DNA of 64,000 nucleotides from Chloroflexota bacterium (GTDB lineage Bacteria; Chloroflexota; Anaerolineae; JAAEKA01): NCBI GenBank assembly GCA_029558955.1, contig JAKQCW010000150.1, positions 18,079 to 82,078 of the forward strand, read 5' to 3'. Shown piece by piece: positions 61,234 to 64,000 of this stretch (position 1 is its first letter; each line of letters starts with the position of its first letter). The notes under the pieces were generated by a model. It saw only the letters and a program-made list of their open reading frames with translations, ran no database searches and was not told where the DNA came from. The position numbers and the translations under genes were made by a program.

Positions 61234-62271
61234 TCATCCTGCGTCAAAGGGGCGCAGAAAGCGCACCGCCATCTCGCCCAACTGGTCGATCTGATAGCCG
61301 CCCTCCTGCACGATCACCGTGGGCAGGTCCAGTCCGGCCAGTCGTCGGCCTACGGTCTCCAGGCCTTCCACGGTGACGCGGAAGCCGGTCGTGGTGGCCG
61401 AGGGGTCGCCCTGCACCAGGTCGAAACCAGCCGCGATCACCAGAAAAGCCGGCTGAAAGGTCGCTACGAGGGCGATGGCCTCATCCAGCGCGTGCAGATA
61501 GGCCGCGTCATCGACGCCGGCCGGCAGCGGCCAGTTGCGGTTGTAGCCGCGGCCCGGCCCGTCGCCCAGCTCAGCCGCGCCGCCCCAGAAGGTGGGGTAT
61601 TCCTGGTCGGGGTCAGCGTGCAGCGAGCAGGTGAGCACGGTGGGGTCGGCGTAGAAGATCTCCTGCGTGCCGTTGCCGTGGTGATAGTCGATGTCCACCA
61701 GGGCGACGCGCGCGCCGCTGCCGGCTTGCAGGTGGCGGGCCGCGATGGCCGCGTTGTTCAGGTAGCAGTAGCCGCCGTACTGGCTGGCCGAGGCGTGATG
61801 GCCCGGCGGCCGGCAGAGGGCGTAGGCGGCGCGCTGGCCCGCTTTGACCAGCCCGGCTGCGGTCAGCGCCGCCTGCGCGCTCCAGTAGGCCGCCTCCCAG
61901 GTGCCGGCCAGGATGGGGCAGTCGCGGTCGATGGCATAGTAGCCGGCCAGTTGCTGCCAGCCGGCCGGCCGGCGGCGCCAGCCGCGCACAGCATGGTAGC
62001 CATCAGGCCACAGCGGACTGTCGCCAGGCAAGAAGGCCCGGCTGCCCTGAAACGCGCCTTGCAGAAAGGCGATCAGCCCGGCGTCATGCACGGCCAGGAT
62101 CGGCGCCAGGCCATGATCCACGGCCTGGACCGGGCTGCCCAGGCCGGCGGCCTCCAGCCCGGCCAGGATCGCCCCAACCCGCGGCGGCGTTTCGTCGTAG
62201 CGATCAGGGTAGCCCGGCATAGCGGGTCGGGTGCCATGGGCCTGATGCTGGCTGGAAAAGACGATGTGCAT
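61234..62271 (-). CDS. Histone-deacetylase-superfamily amidohydrolase (AcuC / acetylpolyamine amidohydrolase-like).
   Basis: It has ..RPPGHHA.., ..DIDYHHGNGTQ.. and ..GGYQ.. motifs. The start is at MHIVFSS (62271). The longer ORF start is unsupported. Confidence 0.8.
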   Translation of the reverse strand: MHIVFSSQHQAHGTRPAMPGYPDRYDETPPRVGAILAGLEAAGLGSPVQAVDHGLAPILAVHDAGLIAFLQGAFQGSRAFLPGDSPLWPDGYHAVRGWRRRPAGWQQLAGYYAIDRDCPILAGTWEAAYWSAQAALTAAGLVKAGQRAAYALCRPPGHHASASQYGGYCYLNNAAIAARHLQAGSGARVALVDIDYHHGNGTQEIFYADPTVLTCSLHADPDQEYPTFWGGAAELGDGPGRGYNRNWPLPAGVDDAAYLHALDEAIALVATFQPAFLVIAAGFDLVQGDPSATTTGFRVTVEGLETVGRRLAGLDLPTVIVQEGGYQIDQLGEMAVRFLRPFDAG

Positions 62272-62381
62272 GGCGGGCTCTGGGAGGGGGCGACTCAAGC
62301 CGGCGCGCCGCCGCTGAGATAGTGGCGCCACAGCGAGCGAGAAAGGGACGCCTGCATGCTCCACCGAAAAGGGGGCACTGA

Positions 62382-63050
62382 TCATGCGCCGTTGCCCCCA
62401 TTGGGGAAGATGATGGCCTCCTGACCGGCCAGTCGCTCGTGGATGCGCTCGACTACGATCTCCAGGTGTTGCGGCTTGTGGACAAAATCCAGGTCGCCGG
62501 TTTGGATGGTCAGCACCGGGCAGAGGTCGAAGGTCTGCATCCAATCCGCGTAGAAGCTGTCCAGCAGGGTCAGGTAGTCGGCGTCGATGCCGTTTTCGAT
62601 GCTGCGGCCGCGTCGCCGGATGCGCTCCAGCAGCAGCGGCGCGGGCGCGCGCAGGTAGAGCAGCAGGTCGGGCCGCGGCAGATTGGCCACCACCAAATCG
62701 AACAGCGCCCGGTAGGAACGGTAATCGCGCTCGCTCAGGTTGCCCAGGTGATGGAGGGCGCGCGCAAAGATGTAGGCGTCCTCGTAGATGCTGCGGTCGG
62801 CGATGGCCGATTGCGGGTCATGGGCCAGGGCCAGGTGCTGCTGGGCCCGGTGCCCCAGAAAGAAGATCTGCAGGTGAAAGGACCACTGGCGCATGTCGGT
62901 GTAGAATTCGGCCAGATAGGGGTTGTCAGCCACCGACTCGAAGGCCACCTTCCAGCCCAGCCGCGCGCCAACCCGTTCGGTGATGGAGGTTTTGCCCGCG
63001 CCGATGTTGCCGGCGACGATGATGAAGCGTTTGGTCACGAAAGACTCCAC
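62382..63050 (-). CDS. Deoxynucleoside kinase (dAK/dGK/dCK family).
   Basis: It has the P-loop AGNIGAGKTS, ..ERSIYED.. and ..LYLRAPAPLLLERIRRRGR... It is 222 aa. Confidence 0.8.
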   Translation of the reverse strand: MESFVTKRFIIVAGNIGAGKTSITERVGARLGWKVAFESVADNPYLAEFYTDMRQWSFHLQIFFLGHRAQQHLALAHDPQSAIADRSIYEDAYIFARALHHLGNLSERDYRSYRALFDLVVANLPRPDLLLYLRAPAPLLLERIRRRGRSIENGIDADYLTLLDSFYADWMQTFDLCPVLTIQTGDLDFVHKPQHLEIVVERIHERLAGQEAIIFPNGGNGA

Positions 63051-63174
63051 GACAGCAACTTTCTGTGAGGACTTTGAGCGCCCTGGTGGGCATCAGTTCA
63101 GCAGGTGAATTGTCGCTGAAACGGCTCAGGTGTCAAAGTCCGGCGGCACGCGGTCAGCGATTCAGCCCCTGACG

Positions 63175-63290
63175 GCCATCTCCCGGGAGTCGAGCCTTTA
63201 GGCGGGCCGGCGCATCTCCCCGGGAGTCGAGCCTTTAGGCGGGCCGGCGCATCTCCCCGGGAGTCGAGCCTTTAGGCGGGCCGGCGCGCC
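63175..63290. repeat. Three tandem about 38-nt direct repeats (ATCTCCCCGGGAGTCGAGCCTTTAGGCGGGCCGGCGC).
   Basis: It is a perfect triplicate. It is related to family B (GGAGTCGAG core). Confidence 0.7.
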
Positions 63291-63498
63291 AAACTCGGGG
63301 CTGTTGGCGCAGAGGCAAAATTGGACAATTTCTCTGACGCGTGTATAATAATGCCATCATCGCCCCTTGAACAGTCTTCCTCCCCCCCACTGTTCAGTGG
63401 GTGATGTCGCGTCTGGGACTTGTCACTTTTTTTGCCATCCACGCGGGCCCTCTTTCTTTCCTTCCACCGGGCGGCTTTCGAGGCCTCCCCTTCCCGTC

Positions 63499-63999
63499 AT
63501 GAATCTGCTCACCGCCCTGCGTCTGTCTGAGACGGCCAGCAAACCGATCATCGCTCTGACCGGCGCCGGGGGCAAGTCGTCGCTGCTCTTTGGCCTGGGA
63601 TCTGAGCTGGCTGCGGCCGGCCGGGCCACGCTGCTGACGGCGACCACGCGTCTGTGGGCTGACCAGGCCAACCGCGCCCGCTTCTCGTTGTTCAGCCAGC
63701 ACGAGCCGACCCTGGCCTTCGAGCTGCCCACCTCGCTGCGCGGCTATCGCCAGGCGCTGGTCATGGCCGGCCCGGCGCGCGAGCCGGGCAAGCTGGCTGG
63801 CCTGGATCCCGCGCTCATCTGCCGCCTGGCCGCCCTGGATGCGGTCGATGCGGCCGTGGTCGAGGCTGACGGCAGCCGTGAGCGGCCCCTCAAGGCGCCT
63901 GCTGCCCACGAGCCGCTGGTTCCTCCCTGCGCCACGCATGTGGTGGTGGTGGCCGGCATGGCGGCAGTGGGCCGGCCGCTGGACGAGCATACTGTCCAC
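63499..63999 (+). CDS. YqeC-family selenium-dependent hydroxylase accessory protein, partial (the 3' end is beyond the window).
   Basis: MNLLTALRLSETASKPIIALTGAGGKSSLLFGLGSELAAAG... has a P-loop-like TGAGGKSS, as in YqeC. There is no stop in the window, so it is absent from the ORF track. Confidence 0.55.
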   Translation, partial: MNLLTALRLSETASKPIIALTGAGGKSSLLFGLGSELAAAGRATLLTATTRLWADQANRARFSLFSQHEPTLAFELPTSLRGYRQALVMAGPAREPGKLAGLDPALICRLAALDAVDAAVVEADGSRERPLKAPAAHEPLVPPCATHVVVVAGMAAVGRPLDEHTVH

Positions 64000-64000
64000 C

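Overview
This is a high-GC (about 65-70%) bacterial chromosomal window. The gene content, the many REP-like hairpin repeats and the multi-rSAM cluster give a Chloroflexi-like impression. It is densely coded, mostly housekeeping and transport genes. The sequence is interrupted by several families of short palindromic or tandem repeat elements, some of which sit in-frame inside coding sequences.

Main content, left to right:
- A GT39 (PMT/ArnT-like) glycosyltransferase, a tRNA-Lys(UUU) split by a roughly 250-nt group-I-like intron, a GT2 polyprenol-phosphate sugar synthase-like gene and a DUF92 membrane protein.
- ilvE and surE.
- An Fe3+-type ABC importer (SBP, fused double permease, ATPase).
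- A DinB-like protein, proline dehydrogenase, and a large GH-like multidomain protein followed by a small protein with a shared C-terminal domain.
- A DHFR-like protein.
- A 12.5-kb minus-strand cluster (18.7-31.2 kb) with six cobalamin-binding (class B) radical SAM enzymes, two radical-SAM/SPASM enzymes and three tiny ORFs. One tiny ORF is a translationally coupled Gly/Ala/Met-rich 67-aa peptide. A consensus sigma70 promoter drives the cluster. I consider this the most likely novel system in the window; it looks like a heavily C-methylating RiPP-like or other unusual tailoring pathway.
- A LacI-regulated sugar ABC transporter with a tandem-duplicated substrate-binding protein, next to a mannosylglycerate-type compatible-solute module (GT4, MpgS-like GT55, GH38 alpha-mannosidase, HAD MpgP-like phosphatase, GH13_18 sucrose-phosphorylase-family enzyme).
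- feoABC, with a roughly 400-bp heptanucleotide microsatellite between feoB and feoC.
- A xanthine-dehydrogenase/CODH-family molybdenum hydroxylase whose FAD/2Fe-2S subunit carries in-frame repeat insertions, flanked by YqeB and YqeC selenium-dependent hydroxylase accessory genes, with hicBA inserted between them.
- GNAT, msrA, an HDAC-family deacetylase and a deoxynucleoside kinase.

Many long ORFs in the six-frame track are antisense artifacts typical of high-GC DNA, and I rejected them.
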